Below, in pieces: positions 19,030 to 28,687 of a stretch of DNA of 64,000 bases. A model generated the notes under the pieces. It did not search any database. It had not been told where the DNA came from and worked only from the letters and a program-made list of their open reading frames with translations. Made by a program: the position numbers and the translations under genes. Position 1 is the stretch's first letter, and every line of letters starts with the position of its first letter. Source of the stretch: a virus; the IMG/VR virus record IMGVR_UViG_3300048583_000100, positions 1-64,000 of that record; one strand, 5' to 3'.

Positions 19030-20003
19030 TGATCAACCTCAATTTCGGTGGCAAGCGGATTCATCGTGCGCTTTGGTGGTTCGTAGACAGACTTGAAGAA
19101 GCGAGACTGCTCTTCATTGAAGTTGGCTATCGTCATACCCAGCTCTCTGTTGAGTGGAATGATTAGTTCGGCGCTCTCTTTACGAAGCTCGTTGTTGTTC
19201 CATCTTAGTTTGGTGCGGGGGCACCAATGCGTACACTCTATTTCTGGGAAGTCTGCAAAGCGCCAAATGATGTGATCATCCCAATACTTCTTAAACCACT
19301 CGTAGTCAGAAATTTGAGAGATGTCAAACGTCTTGTCGATGTTGGCCATATAGATACCGAGACGAGTACCGTAGATAGCCCAATCACCATTCTCTACGTC
19401 AGCCCCGATTGTTGCCCAGATAAGCAGACGACGGTAATTCTTTTCGTGCAGGTACTTGTTGATGACACCCTCACCAGCTTTGACACCACGATCCAGAGTC
19501 ATCTTGACACCTTCACGGAAGCCAGCTCTAAATGCTTGGAATGGAGAACCATTTGGGCACGTATCAGTGTAGACACCATTTAGCTGAACGTACTTGTCGT
19601 CCCAGCAGAAGTCGACCTTCTCTGCGTCATTTGTGGCATTCTCATGGGTGCGCATATTGAGAACGAATTCTTTCGTCCACAGCTTTGCCCCGCCGTTGCC
19701 ATAGCAAAGTCCATTGATGACATTGCGACCAGCCCAGCTGAGAGTCTTGTCGTGAAGCTTCTCTGGGATTTCGATCTGGAGATCGAAGAATTCAGGATAG
19801 ACGATGTTGTCACCGTCAATCGTGATAAAGCGTTCCGTTTCCGATTGTTCTGCACATGCCTTGTGGGCACTGTCGAAACCCTTGACGCCATCTACTCGCT
19901 TAGCCCATGGAGCTAGCTCTTGTATTTTGGCCCAATACTCTTCTTTCTGAGGTTCATCGTATGAGATGTAGAAGAGGTCAAACTCGGTGATTGCTTGCTT
20001 CAT
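19026..20003 (-). CDS. glycosyltransferase-like protein (GT-A fold)
   Basis: YISYDEP, TIDGDN (DxD), YGNGGAKLW, RAGFREGVK. Confidence 0.7.
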   Translation of the reverse strand: MKQAITEFDLFYISYDEPQKEEYWAKIQELAPWAKRVDGVKGFDSAHKACAEQSETERFITIDGDNIVYPEFFDLQIEIPEKLHDKTLSWAGRNVINGLCYGNGGAKLWTKEFVLNMRTHENATNDAEKVDFCWDDKYVQLNGVYTDTCPNGSPFQAFRAGFREGVKMTLDRGVKAGEGVINKYLHEKNYRRLLIWATIGADVENGDWAIYGTRLGIYMANIDKTFDISQISDYEWFKKYWDDHIIWRFADFPEIECTHWCPRTKLRWNNNELRKESAELIIPLNRELGMTIANFNEEQSRFFKSVYEPPKRTMNPLATEIEVDQ

Positions 20004-20649
20004 GACGTATGATGACCATTTTGATGTTTGATTTGGCAGTGTAGACAGAGGTGTCTTCTGCTTGAGGAAGATGTAGAACTAGCGGGTTAGGCCACTCACT
20101 TAGGCCATTTGCGGCAGTGATCTCGTTCATGATATTTACATCCAGCGAGAAAGCGCATTTCAGGAAGGTTGGGTTTCCCTCGGCGGTGAAGTACAGTTTA
20201 GCAGGTTCCTTCCACCTGCTGATCCGCTCTCCATTGAAATGAATCAACACTGCGTCAGGTACCTTACCAATCTCAACCCTGATGTCTACATTTTCAGAGT
20301 CTTCCTCGGGAACTTCCTGCATGACAAGACCTTCGACTCTTTCGTACTTTAGCTTCGATAGATCGCGGCTATCCATGAGGATGTATTCGTCACCCCGCTT
20401 GATAGCAAGCCATCGGCCTGGACGCTTCTTGCCGCTCGTGAAGTCTTCAGCTAGGTCTTTGTCGATTGGGATGCTGACCATATTCTCGCCCGCTTGTGGG
20501 CGACGAGAGATGCTCATGATGCGGCCGTGTCGCACGCCTACATGCGCGTAAAATTGGACTGGCTGGCGTTCTACTGGAAGAGTCACATTGATCTCATTCA
20601 CAGTCTGTGTGATGTCAATCTTGCCTAGAATACTGATCGGCGCACTCAT
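19978..20649 (-). CDS. hypothetical protein of the glycosylation cluster
   Basis: ATGA-coupled start at 20649. Confidence 0.6.
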   Translation of the reverse strand: MSAPISILGKIDITQTVNEINVTLPVERQPVQFYAHVGVRHGRIMSISRRPQAGENMVSIPIDKDLAEDFTSGKKRPGRWLAIKRGDEYILMDSRDLSKLKYERVEGLVMQEVPEEDSENVDIRVEIGKVPDAVLIHFNGERISRWKEPAKLYFTAEGNPTFLKCAFSLDVNIMNEITAANGLSEWPNPLVLHLPQAEDTSVYTAKSNIKMVIIRHEASNHRV

Positions 20650-21506
20650 ATGCCCAACTTCCTTTCCATAGTCGCGATCATCTTGTCTGTCACGAATTCT
20701 TTTACGTGATAGTGGAACGGTAGCGTCTGCTTGTAATTGCCTATCATGATCGAGCAATCGCGGCCGAAGTAACTGGGAATCATTTTCGTCCAATCTTCAA
20801 CCATAAACCGATTGTCTGTCCAGCCCTGTAGCTGACTCTTCATGTGCACAAAGGTTGGTAGGTTTAGATGAGGCGTACGATTGTGCTCTTCGTAATTCAG
20901 AATCTTGGCAGCGATTGCGAACACTACGTCAGTGGACACGATCTTAGGACGGTTGTCTGGCCCCAGGAACTCATAGAAGTATCGTTCCCAATTGTTGAAG
21001 ATGTCTTCTGCTAGTTGGAACAGTTCGTAGTTGACATCGTTCTTCTTGAAGTAGAACATCGCCGTGTAAACGTTTGGAAGTCCAGACTCTGTATACGTCT
21101 TGCGGTAGAAGTCGCTGGTGATCTTCTCACCTCTGTACGAGATGGGAGCAGTACAGAAGATACCATCACTGTAAGACATCGCGTCCCACCAAGCGCTAAC
21201 GTCAGAAGGAAAGAGCATGTCGGCATCAAGCTTAATGGTCTCTTCGTAAGGCGTCATGTAGATAGCCTTCCACTCATTCTCTAGCTTCCATGATGATTTC
21301 TCAGCATGATCTTTCCAGGGAATTTCGACGATCTCGTCAAACACTTTCTTGTACTTGGGGTTGACAGTCTTCAGCTCTTCACTAGTAACGCCGATAGAAA
21401 GCTTCGAAAACTCTTTTGGCTGAGAGATTTTCAGTGAGAGCGCAAGAGCGTACGCAAGCCGCTGGTAGGCCTGTCCTTGAGCAATAGTAAAGTACCCTCT
21501 GCTCAT
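20646..21506 (-). CDS. glycosyltransferase (GT8/mannosyltransferase-like)
   Basis: TPYEETIKLDADML, FYFKK, STDVVFAIA, FVHMK; start MSRG by ATGA overlap. Confidence 0.75.
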   Translation of the reverse strand: MSRGYFTIAQGQAYQRLAYALALSLKISQPKEFSKLSIGVTSEELKTVNPKYKKVFDEIVEIPWKDHAEKSSWKLENEWKAIYMTPYEETIKLDADMLFPSDVSAWWDAMSYSDGIFCTAPISYRGEKITSDFYRKTYTESGLPNVYTAMFYFKKNDVNYELFQLAEDIFNNWERYFYEFLGPDNRPKIVSTDVVFAIAAKILNYEEHNRTPHLNLPTFVHMKSQLQGWTDNRFMVEDWTKMIPSYFGRDCSIMIGNYKQTLPFHYHVKEFVTDKMIATMERKLGI

Positions 21507-22387
21507 GACAGAGTCTCCATGATAGCGTCCATGTTGTTCAACAGCGATAGCTTGTTCATGCAGTGCACGTTGACTCCGCTCAACCTTGTTACGTAGAACT
21601 TCCAAGTCTCGGCTGGATCGTTAGCGAATAGTGACAGATCGGTTGGAGAGTGGATTGCAAAGAACTGGTCAGTGTCGAGTGATGTCAGAATAGACGGGAT
21701 GGGGAGAGGTGACACTGAATCATTGCCATCTACGAAGCCGTTAAGGATGTGAATGGCTATTGAGAAGGCGTAATCGTTTCTGAAGAGCGTACCTGGAATT
21801 TCGTAGAGCATCACGTAGTACTGCCAGTTCTCTTTGATGAAGTCAACCAAATCGAATAGTAGCTTTGCCTTGTCACCCTTTCTAAAGTAGATGACGGTTG
21901 CCCAGTACATTCTGATGCCAAAGAGATTAAGCCTGAACTCGTGCCCCTGCATGGGAGTATGAAGTAGACTTGTGGCATCGCGATTGATCATCACCTCTTC
22001 ATCGTTACCCCAGACGGCATTGAGTGCGCCATTACATACGAGGTAATCGACGTCAATCAAGAGCGTCTCGTCAAATGGTGAGAGTGAATAGACGCTCGAC
22101 CGCGTTTCGTTCTTAAAGGTCGATTCGACTCCATGGTATTTGGTGTCGCGATAGACGCGAGAGTTTTCAAACCGCTGTTCGGTCTTTGGTAGCAGAATGA
22201 CTCGATCGATATTGTCAAGTTTCCACTTGTGCTTACCGAGCTGCGAGTTTCGGCTGTCTTCGTCAGTGATCAGCGCGATTGGAATTCCAGGCATATTCTT
22301 GCGGATGAACGCAGCTGCCATCACGGCAAGCTGAACATAGTCAACCTTGGAGTTGTTTACTCCGAAAAGAACGATACCTCTGGACAT
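21503..22387 (-). CDS. glycosyltransferase (GT8-like), paralog of 20646-21506
   Basis: SPFDETLLIDVDYL, IYFRK, RNDYAFSIA, VHCMNK. Confidence 0.75.
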   Translation of the reverse strand: MSRGIVLFGVNNSKVDYVQLAVMAAAFIRKNMPGIPIALITDEDSRNSQLGKHKWKLDNIDRVILLPKTEQRFENSRVYRDTKYHGVESTFKNETRSSVYSLSPFDETLLIDVDYLVCNGALNAVWGNDEEVMINRDATSLLHTPMQGHEFRLNLFGIRMYWATVIYFRKGDKAKLLFDLVDFIKENWQYYVMLYEIPGTLFRNDYAFSIAIHILNGFVDGNDSVSPLPIPSILTSLDTDQFFAIHSPTDLSLFANDPAETWKFYVTRLSGVNVHCMNKLSLLNNMDAIMETLS

Positions 22388-22770
22388 CAGCGTGCCCCTA
22401 CTACAGCCTTAGTGGTTCTCGCTTTGCCCAGAGTCTTTATCTGGATTGTGTAATCGTTGAGCGCCTCAGAATAGATATCGAGAATCTTCTGGTAGAACTC
22501 TGAAATGTCTTCGATCTGAATTGGATTCGCGTTCACGTCCAGAAGAGTCACAGACGTTTTGCCGCCTGTAACAAGAGCGGCAGCGAAAGAAATTAGAGCG
22601 GGATTGATCTGGAAAGTGCCGCCGGACGTGGCATACACTAGCGCATTCTCTAGCTTGAGCCGCGCATTCTGCTTTTGAATATTCAGGGTCGTGCGATAGT
22701 TGGCGTGTACCAACGCCTCTTCTAGACGCGTATCTATGGCAGCCTGAAGGTCATGATTCGGTTTCTGCAT
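22387..22770 (-). CDS. hypothetical protein heading the glycosylation operon
   Basis: Coupled to the next gene; late promoter upstream. Confidence 0.65.
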   Translation of the reverse strand: MQKPNHDLQAAIDTRLEEALVHANYRTTLNIQKQNARLKLENALVYATSGGTFQINPALISFAAALVTGGKTSVTLLDVNANPIQIEDISEFYQKILDIYSEALNDYTIQIKTLGKARTTKAVVGAR

Positions 22771-22787
22771 TATCTGATTCCATATGA

Positions 22788-22816
22788 AAGAGGAGCCGTT
22801 GTGAACGGCTCCTCTT
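22788..22816 (-). terminator. 13-bp stem-loop, terminator-like
   Basis: AAGAGGAGCCGTT-GTG-AACGGCTCCTCTT. Confidence 0.65.
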
Positions 22817-22822
22817 ATTTAT
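22816..22822 (-). promoter_or_regulatory. late-type promoter ATAAATA
   Basis: Abuts the stem-loop upstream of the GT operon. Confidence 0.55.
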
Positions 22823-22848
22823 CTAACCTGCAATCACGCTAGAATTGA

Positions 22849-24360
22849 TCAGGCTCCTGACTCTGTGAACGTACCGCTGTGGGCTACGACAGGTGCGGCG
22901 ATGCCTGGGCTGTTGCAGTTTTCAGCAGATGCGTAGTACACACCAATTTCAGAAGCAAGAGCGCCGTTAAGCTGAGTATCTGTCGTGTCATTTTGACCAG
23001 GTAGACCGGTGGTTACGTTCAACAGACGGTATTCAATTGCAAACGTTACACGATAGTTCAGACCAGAGACCGCCTTGCGAGCACGGATGATCATACCACC
23101 GTTAGTTGGCGTCGAGTAGACGAAAATGTTGCCCGGTGTATCAAGTACGTCGCGCTGGAAAATGGTCTGATACGTGCTGTTGAGATCGTAGTATCCCAAG
23201 TACTCGGTGCCACCATCAACTACGGGTAGGTACGTTGGGGTGAAGCTTGGCGAGCGGTATGCTGGCGTAGTCTTGACACCGTAGTAGTCAAAGCAGAAGC
23301 CAGAGAAGGCGTTGAGGAAGATTTCCCAATCCTGCTCCACATTAGAAGGTGAACCTTCCGAAGGTGTGAAGCTTGGTTCGAATTGAATCAGTCCACCAGC
23401 ATTGAAGAATGCTTCGGCGGCGGCCTCGTCTTCAAAGTCAACCGTCACTGTGTGGATGTATTCGTCAACAGCAGTTGGGATGTTTAGGTCGAAGCCAAGA
23501 GATGTGTCACGAACTGGGCCACCCTCATTGCTGTATTCCGACTGACCAGCGCCAAGAGAGAAGCGATGCAGCTCAAGTGCGTCAAGAGCAGCTTCAGTTG
23601 CCAAGTATGCATCAGTTAGAGCAGTAGTGCTAAGACCGCCGTAACCAGCAGCAATGTTTGCGATTGTGCCAGTACCAGAAACGAAGTTGTTGTACGCATT
23701 GGCAAGGGAATTGCCTGGGCTATTAGGCAGCCCATCGTTGACAAAGCCCACAAGCGAAGTTTCCGATTCGTCGAGACCTGTCTGGCGAAGAGCCTTACGT
23801 AGACGAGAGATAGCAATCGCCCAAGCATTGTTGTTGAACGTGCGTGGGAATACTTCGCCGCCTGGCAGATCTGCTTCACGAGCAATCGACGTCGAATCTA
23901 GTGCACCACTGGCATTATATGTTGGTACCCAGTCGGTTTGACCCCAACCCCAAACGGTGGTTGGTACTACGTCACCTGGTTCTGGACCATCAGGCGTACC
24001 AATAATGCGGTTGATTCGTGCAGCGAATCCGATTGGACCAACTGTTGGGCTGTAATCGCCCAGACCGAATGCAGCGTCAGCACAAACGTTCTTCCACTCA
24101 GTGCCATCCCAAATCTTCAGGCACTCGTCGGCAGTACTGTACCAAAGCTGACCAGTAGTCGGCGCTGGTGGCGAATCGAAGTACGCGAAGTTCTCAAGAA
24201 GCTTAAGGAAGTTTTCCTGCTGGAACAGACCATAGTTGTTAAGGCCCTTACCAGTCAGAACCAGTGAAGTAGAAGCAGCGTCAAATGTGCGCTCTGCTAC
24301 GGTGATAGCTGGCTTACCGCCTGGGCTGCCAGTGCTGGACCAATTTACGATGTAGCTCAT
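22849..24360 (-). CDS. virion structural protein (tail fibre/baseplate-like)
   Basis: N-term LTGKGLNNYG..ENFLKLLENFA..PTTGQLWY..IWDGTEW; FFNAGGLI; late motif at 24439-24445. Confidence 0.75.
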   Translation of the reverse strand: MSYIVNWSSTGSPGGKPAITVAERTFDAASTSLVLTGKGLNNYGLFQQENFLKLLENFAYFDSPPAPTTGQLWYSTADECLKIWDGTEWKNVCADAAFGLGDYSPTVGPIGFAARINRIIGTPDGPEPGDVVPTTVWGWGQTDWVPTYNASGALDSTSIAREADLPGGEVFPRTFNNNAWAIAISRLRKALRQTGLDESETSLVGFVNDGLPNSPGNSLANAYNNFVSGTGTIANIAAGYGGLSTTALTDAYLATEAALDALELHRFSLGAGQSEYSNEGGPVRDTSLGFDLNIPTAVDEYIHTVTVDFEDEAAAEAFFNAGGLIQFEPSFTPSEGSPSNVEQDWEIFLNAFSGFCFDYYGVKTTPAYRSPSFTPTYLPVVDGGTEYLGYYDLNSTYQTIFQRDVLDTPGNIFVYSTPTNGGMIIRARKAVSGLNYRVTFAIEYRLLNVTTGLPGQNDTTDTQLNGALASEIGVYYASAENCNSPGIAAPVVAHSGTFTESGA

Positions 24361-24518
24361 GTCGTCTCCAATGCGCCGGTTCACATGTAAGTTTTCTCAG
24401 CATGCCGGTATTGATTAGCTGAGGGTGATTATCCTGCGTATTTATTGGACAGCGAAAAAGCGCTGGGGCCGGCCCTCCTTTAGAACCGACCCCAGGTCTA
24501 TTGACGAAGTGCTTCCGC

Positions 24519-25316
24519 TTAGCGGTGAATCAGAGCCCGTGCTCCGTTCGTGCCATTGCGGTCAGCGTTGTGTGAAGCTGGACGTTCGTCTGGAGAGTCT
24601 AGCAGATTCAAAATCTTCTTGACCATTTCAGAGCGTACAACGTCTCTGTTTTGGAACTCGATAAAATTGATACTTGCGTCCCTCCCTGTTAGTTTGCGGA
24701 TTACGTATTCGAGACCATTTTCCCATGCGTTAGCATTGACACCCTTAGGTGCTTCAAGATCGCTCTGAGTAATGTCTCCGTTGATTGCAAAGATGCTATG
24801 GTAGCCCATGCGCGTTACAAACATCTTGACCTGGTCCACTGTGGCATTTTGAGCTTCATCTAGGATTACGAAGCATCTATTGAACGTACGTCCTCTCATG
24901 AAAGCCAGTGGTGCGATCTCAATCTTCCCCGACTCGAATAGACGTTTGGTTGCTGCGGGACCGATGTGGTCTTCGAGAGCATCCTTAAGAGGGAGTAGAT
25001 AGGGATCGAGTTTTTCTTCGAGAGTGCCCGGTAGGAATCCTAGGCTTTCGCCTGCTTCAACTACGGGTCTTGTTAGTACGATACGCTCGACTTCACCAGA
25101 GAGTAGCTTCTCAAGAGCTATGGAAGTGACGAGGTAAGTTTTTCCTGAGCCTGCAGGCCCAGCACAGATGGTCAATGGTACTTCACGTAGAGAATCGATG
25201 TACTGTTCTTGCGCGTAATTCTTTGGTTTGATCTGATGTTTGATCCTAACGGCCTGTCCCTGGTGTTCGCTGGGAACTGCTGCTGGTGGGTACTTATTCT
25301 TCTTTGCGCGAGGCAT
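24519..25316 (-). CDS. phoH: PhoH-family ATPase
   Basis: GPAGSGKT, LGFLPG, MRGRTF, ILDEAQN, GDITQSD. Confidence 0.95.
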   Translation of the reverse strand: MPRAKKNKYPPAAVPSEHQGQAVRIKHQIKPKNYAQEQYIDSLREVPLTICAGPAGSGKTYLVTSIALEKLLSGEVERIVLTRPVVEAGESLGFLPGTLEEKLDPYLLPLKDALEDHIGPAATKRLFESGKIEIAPLAFMRGRTFNRCFVILDEAQNATVDQVKMFVTRMGYHSIFAINGDITQSDLEAPKGVNANAWENGLEYVIRKLTGRDASINFIEFQNRDVVRSEMVKKILNLLDSPDERPASHNADRNGTNGARALIHR

Positions 25317-25413
25317 TTAGAATCCCCTTACGTGTTAGTTGCGGTTATGGGCCAGTCACCGGGCAAAATTCATCCGCGAGAGTTCTGCACTTCTCCTTTG
25401 TTGAGTGGTTGGG

Positions 25414-25809
25414 TTAGTCTTGCTTGCGAAGAACCCATCGCACCCACTCTACCGGATCTTGGTAGGGATGAGCACCGTATGGATTAGATTCGAAGTTCGC
25501 TGGGAACTGCAGGGAATCAAGCAGCCATGCTGAGATAGAGGTTGCCTCTTCGTCAGTTAGCTTCTTGACCGACTCAATCAGATCAGCGTTAGTCGCCATC
25601 TCATACGAGTTAAGTTCGCGAGGCCAGCGATATGGACCGCCACCCTTGAACATTTCGATCAAAGCCGCCATCATGAAATGCTGAACGGGATTCGTGACCT
25701 TGCCGTCGTTTAGGACCTGCTGGAGGGTCATCGTAATGTGAATAGGGATGACGCCTTCTGTGAGGTCGTAATCACCAGCTTTCACGTTCTTGATTTCGTT
25801 GAGTTTCAT
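25414..25809 (-). CDS. putative head-internal protein
   Basis: MKLNEI..LTE-G N-terminus; TATAAATA upstream. Confidence 0.6.
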   Translation of the reverse strand: MKLNEIKNVKAGDYDLTEGVIPIHITMTLQQVLNDGKVTNPVQHFMMAALIEMFKGGGPYRWPRELNSYEMATNADLIESVKKLTDEEATSISAWLLDSLQFPANFESNPYGAHPYQDPVEWVRWVLRKQD

Positions 25810-25852
25810 TGTTGATTCCCTGGGGTTGAATGGTGCTTGTTAAGCACGATGG

Positions 25853-25932
25853 TATTTATAGCGGGCTGCTGGAGTTCATCAGTAAAGAGTCAAGAACTTC
25901 TTGTCGACCCAGGCTCCGTCTGATCATAAATA
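25853..25932. promoter_or_regulatory. divergent late-type promoters (TATAAATA on -, ATAAATA on +)
   Basis: 25853-25860 and 25926-25932, at a strand switch. Confidence 0.65.
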
Positions 25933-25963
25933 CTCGTACTCCTGAACACTTCGGAATCCTATC

Positions 25964-26239
25964 ATGACAGACCAGAACAGAGAACCAATCCCACCACCCG
26001 ATCGTTGGATTGGTCATGGTGCCACTGAGCTAAATCGTAAGGCAGCTGCTGAATGGCAGATGCAATCTGGAGATGGTACCATCAAAAAGATGTCACTATA
26101 CCACCGTGGGTCTGAACGACCTATGCTAGTCACTCTCGCCGGTAAGGTTCATTTCCTTACGCGCTGGGATCAACTCAAATACGCTTTTGGTTTCGAGTCG
26201 CTAGAGTCTCTAAACGAAAAGTACTCCAAGCTACCTTAA
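25964..26239 (+). CDS. hypothetical protein
   Basis: Follows + strand late motif. Confidence 0.55.
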   Translation: MTDQNREPIPPPDRWIGHGATELNRKAAAEWQMQSGDGTIKKMSLYHRGSERPMLVTLAGKVHFLTRWDQLKYAFGFESLESLNEKYSKLP

Positions 26240-26250
26240 AGGACCCAACC

Positions 26251-26679
26251 ATGAAGCTATCTCAAGTCAAGCAGCTGCCAATTCTAAAGGAAGGAATGCC
26301 TTCTTCAATTGATACCTTCGCGCTCGTTAACAGCAAGATGATCAATCGCCTCGCTCAAGATATCGCGGATTACGGGTTTCCAGCAGAATTTGAACTCACG
26401 CTAATCACAAAAGACAAAACCAGAATTGCCGTAAACTTCGCCCTAGAGAAGAAAACGATCAATGATGAAGCGTCCTACCACACCATTACGTTTGAGTATC
26501 AGCGCGATGCTGCGTCTGATAAGAAAATTGCAGCCTACCTTAAGACCCTAGAGAATGCAAAAGACGATCCAGAAGGCGAAAAGTACGACGCTGCGCAGGA
26601 AGAATTGAGCGTTGATAGCATCTACGTCTCTATTGATCTTCGCAAAGAAATTGAGAAGGTCTGGGGCTCTACACAGTAA
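26251..26679 (+). CDS. putative head-internal protein
   Basis: MKLSQV..ILKE-G; SD AAGGA. Confidence 0.6.
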   Translation: MKLSQVKQLPILKEGMPSSIDTFALVNSKMINRLAQDIADYGFPAEFELTLITKDKTRIAVNFALEKKTINDEASYHTITFEYQRDAASDKKIAAYLKTLENAKDDPEGEKYDAAQEELSVDSIYVSIDLRKEIEKVWGSTQ

Positions 26680-26744
26680 CAAATCCAGGAGGATAACGAA
26701 ATGAACTCGCTAAACGCAAGAGGCTTGGTAAGAACTTCCTGAAG

Positions 26745-27068
26745 ATGGTTCCCATCTATCGTGTCTTCGCTCGTGATTTTGAATCGAGCTTAGATTTCAG
26801 CGAAGATATGCTGTACGAGATGTACGAGTACGAATCACGCGGAAGCGGAACGTGCTCACAGAAGAACGGTTATTTCCATGGCAAGAAATGGATGGACGTT
26901 ACCGTAGCAATGTGGGTTGAAGACCTTCGATTGGGAAATCTTTTCTCATTCGAGCTTTACGAAGACGACAAGTTCCCAGGATGGTGGCTTGATCGAGTCC
27001 TCGCAAATGTCTGGCCCATCACAAAAGAAAGGGCTCTAATCCTAGAGCCCTCATTACATAAGGAGTAA
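26745..27068 (+). CDS. hypothetical protein (start may be frameshifted)
   Basis: Strong SD+ATG at 26701 is out of frame with this ORF. Confidence 0.55.
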   Translation: MVPIYRVFARDFESSLDFSEDMLYEMYEYESRGSGTCSQKNGYFHGKKWMDVTVAMWVEDLRLGNLFSFELYEDDKFPGWWLDRVLANVWPITKERALILEPSLHKE

Positions 27069-27071
27069 AGC

Positions 27072-27299
27072 ATGGAGAAGCAAAAAATTCCAGGCCGAAA
27101 CGAGTGGTACGAATTAACGATTAGCCAGCTGTATGAAACCAAATCTCAGCTGACGACACTCTACTACAACATGCGTGGTGCTGGTGCATCATACGCAAGT
27201 CAGTACCTTGGCTTTATCAACGAGGTTGACGCTTTGATCCAGCGGCGGGAGTTCGAGGCTTTGCAAGCCGAGGCTGCCGAACAGGCGAACGGGCAGTAG
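27072..27299 (+). CDS. hypothetical protein
   Basis: SD AAGGAG; convergent overlap with ClpP. Confidence 0.55.
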   Translation: MEKQKIPGRNEWYELTISQLYETKSQLTTLYYNMRGAGASYASQYLGFINEVDALIQRREFEALQAEAAEQANGQ

Positions 27300-27915
27300 T
27301 AGAGAAATCTACGTTGAAGTCCGGAAGCTCATCAACGATTTGATCGCAGATTCCAAACTTCTTACACTCAGATGGCGTCAGGTATCTATCTGACGCCCCA
27401 AAAAGAATATCATCAATCTGCTTCTCGGTCATAGTAGTATGACGCTTGAAGTGTTGTAGGGTCTGGTGTCTGAGGTACTCATTGGCCTTATGATCTTGAA
27501 TGAGCTCATGATACTTACCATGAGTACCACCTGAGAACTGGTGAGCCATGACGAGTGTGTTCTTGGTTAGAATTCTGCGGCCCTTGGTACCAGCGGCAAA
27601 GATGTAGACGCCCATAGACATTACGCTGCCGAGGCCAACGGTCTTGATTGGCAGCTTGCAAATTTCCATGAGGTCAATTAGAGCGAAGCCATCATAAGCG
27701 TGTCCACCACACGTATTGATGAAGAAGGTTAGTTCCTTGTTGCGAAAGAGCTGACTAGCTTTGAGGAGAAATATGCTTGCTTCCTTGGTCGTCTCTTCAT
27801 CAACATCGCCGAAGAGAACGTGCGCACCTAGAGATTCGATAGAGATGTCGTTAAAGTCAATACGCGTTCCATCGGACGCGGCTTCAATGCCGTAAGATTT
27901 CATATCATGTCCCAT
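27217..27915 (-). CDS. clpP: ClpP-like protease subunit
   Basis: FINTCGG, GSVMSMG (Ser), MAHQ (His), DRYLTPSEC..GICDQI (Asp). Confidence 0.88.
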   Translation of the reverse strand: MGHDMKSYGIEAASDGTRIDFNDISIESLGAHVLFGDVDEETTKEASIFLLKASQLFRNKELTFFINTCGGHAYDGFALIDLMEICKLPIKTVGLGSVMSMGVYIFAAGTKGRRILTKNTLVMAHQFSGGTHGKYHELIQDHKANEYLRHQTLQHFKRHTTMTEKQIDDILFGASDRYLTPSECKKFGICDQIVDELPDFNVDFSTTARSPVRQPRLAKPRTPAAGSKRQPR

Positions 27916-28032
27916 TTTGGTGGATGCCTGTCCTTCCTAGCTTTAGCGGGGATCGGATCTTCGATTCCGATGTGATGAGATGGTCAAGGGTATTTAGGAC
28001 AGCGACTCATCCAGGCCCGGTACCAGGATATG

Positions 28033-28056
28033 AAAAAGCCGGCGATTCGCCGGCTT
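28033..28056 (-). terminator. intrinsic terminator
   Basis: AAGCCGGCG/CGCCGGCTT stem plus U-tract on - strand. Confidence 0.7.
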
Positions 28057-28080
28057 GATCAGGTTGAGTGTGAAGTATCG

Positions 28081-28572
28081 TTACTGGATGATATTCCCAT
28101 CCTCATCTCGTTCGATACCAAAGCGGCGATCAGGGTTCATGAGGTTGACGTTCTGATCGAAGGCGAATCGGCAGAAGACGTACATGATGTAGACGCCCAG
28201 GCCATGCGTGAAGATGAAGTGGAACTTGAAGTGTAGGAAGAAAATCTGCAAGTACCACACGATGAACTGCGCGAGCGCTACGTAGGGATAGAGGAGATAC
28301 CAACCGAGTGCCGAAGGCCCGTTGGGTGAGCGACTGTCGATGAACGCTTCGTACCCATCAGTGAGGTTGGCGTCGAGATCGATTCGCTTGAAGTAGTCGT
28401 AGTCGCCGAAAATCGGTATCAGACCGAGACCCACGACCATGCAGAGGGTTGCGACGAATGCGCCCACGACGACCGTCAGTGTGATCCATTTCGCGTAGTA
28501 TTCGTTGAAGAAGATACGCAGACCCCAATAGAGGGTAATGTAGAGAGCACCGGCGAGTATCAGCAAAGTCAT
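28081..28572 (-). CDS. multi-pass membrane protein (early)
   Basis: 3-4 hydrophobic segments; own promoter and terminator. Confidence 0.7.
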   Translation of the reverse strand: MTLLILAGALYITLYWGLRIFFNEYYAKWITLTVVVGAFVATLCMVVGLGLIPIFGDYDYFKRIDLDANLTDGYEAFIDSRSPNGPSALGWYLLYPYVALAQFIVWYLQIFFLHFKFHFIFTHGLGVYIMYVFCRFAFDQNVNLMNPDRRFGIERDEDGNIIQ

Positions 28573-28602
28573 CAGAAGGCCTAGTCAGGTTAACGTAAGA
28601 CC

Positions 28603-28632
28603 ATTATATCCTGCTTCTAATCAGAAGTAAAC
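28603..28632 (-). promoter_or_regulatory. early-type promoter GTTTAC-N18-TATAAT
   Basis: Motif match. Confidence 0.75.
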
Positions 28633-28687
28633 TGAAAGGCGCGAAGTTTGAAGGACTTAAGCAGTAGACCGCACTGGTAGTTCGAGG

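Noticed and set aside
25317-25413. Possible ncRNA or tRNA in the intergenic gap upstream of phoH
   Set aside because: No cloverleaf or recognisable RNA family by eye; would need an Infernal/tRNAscan search.
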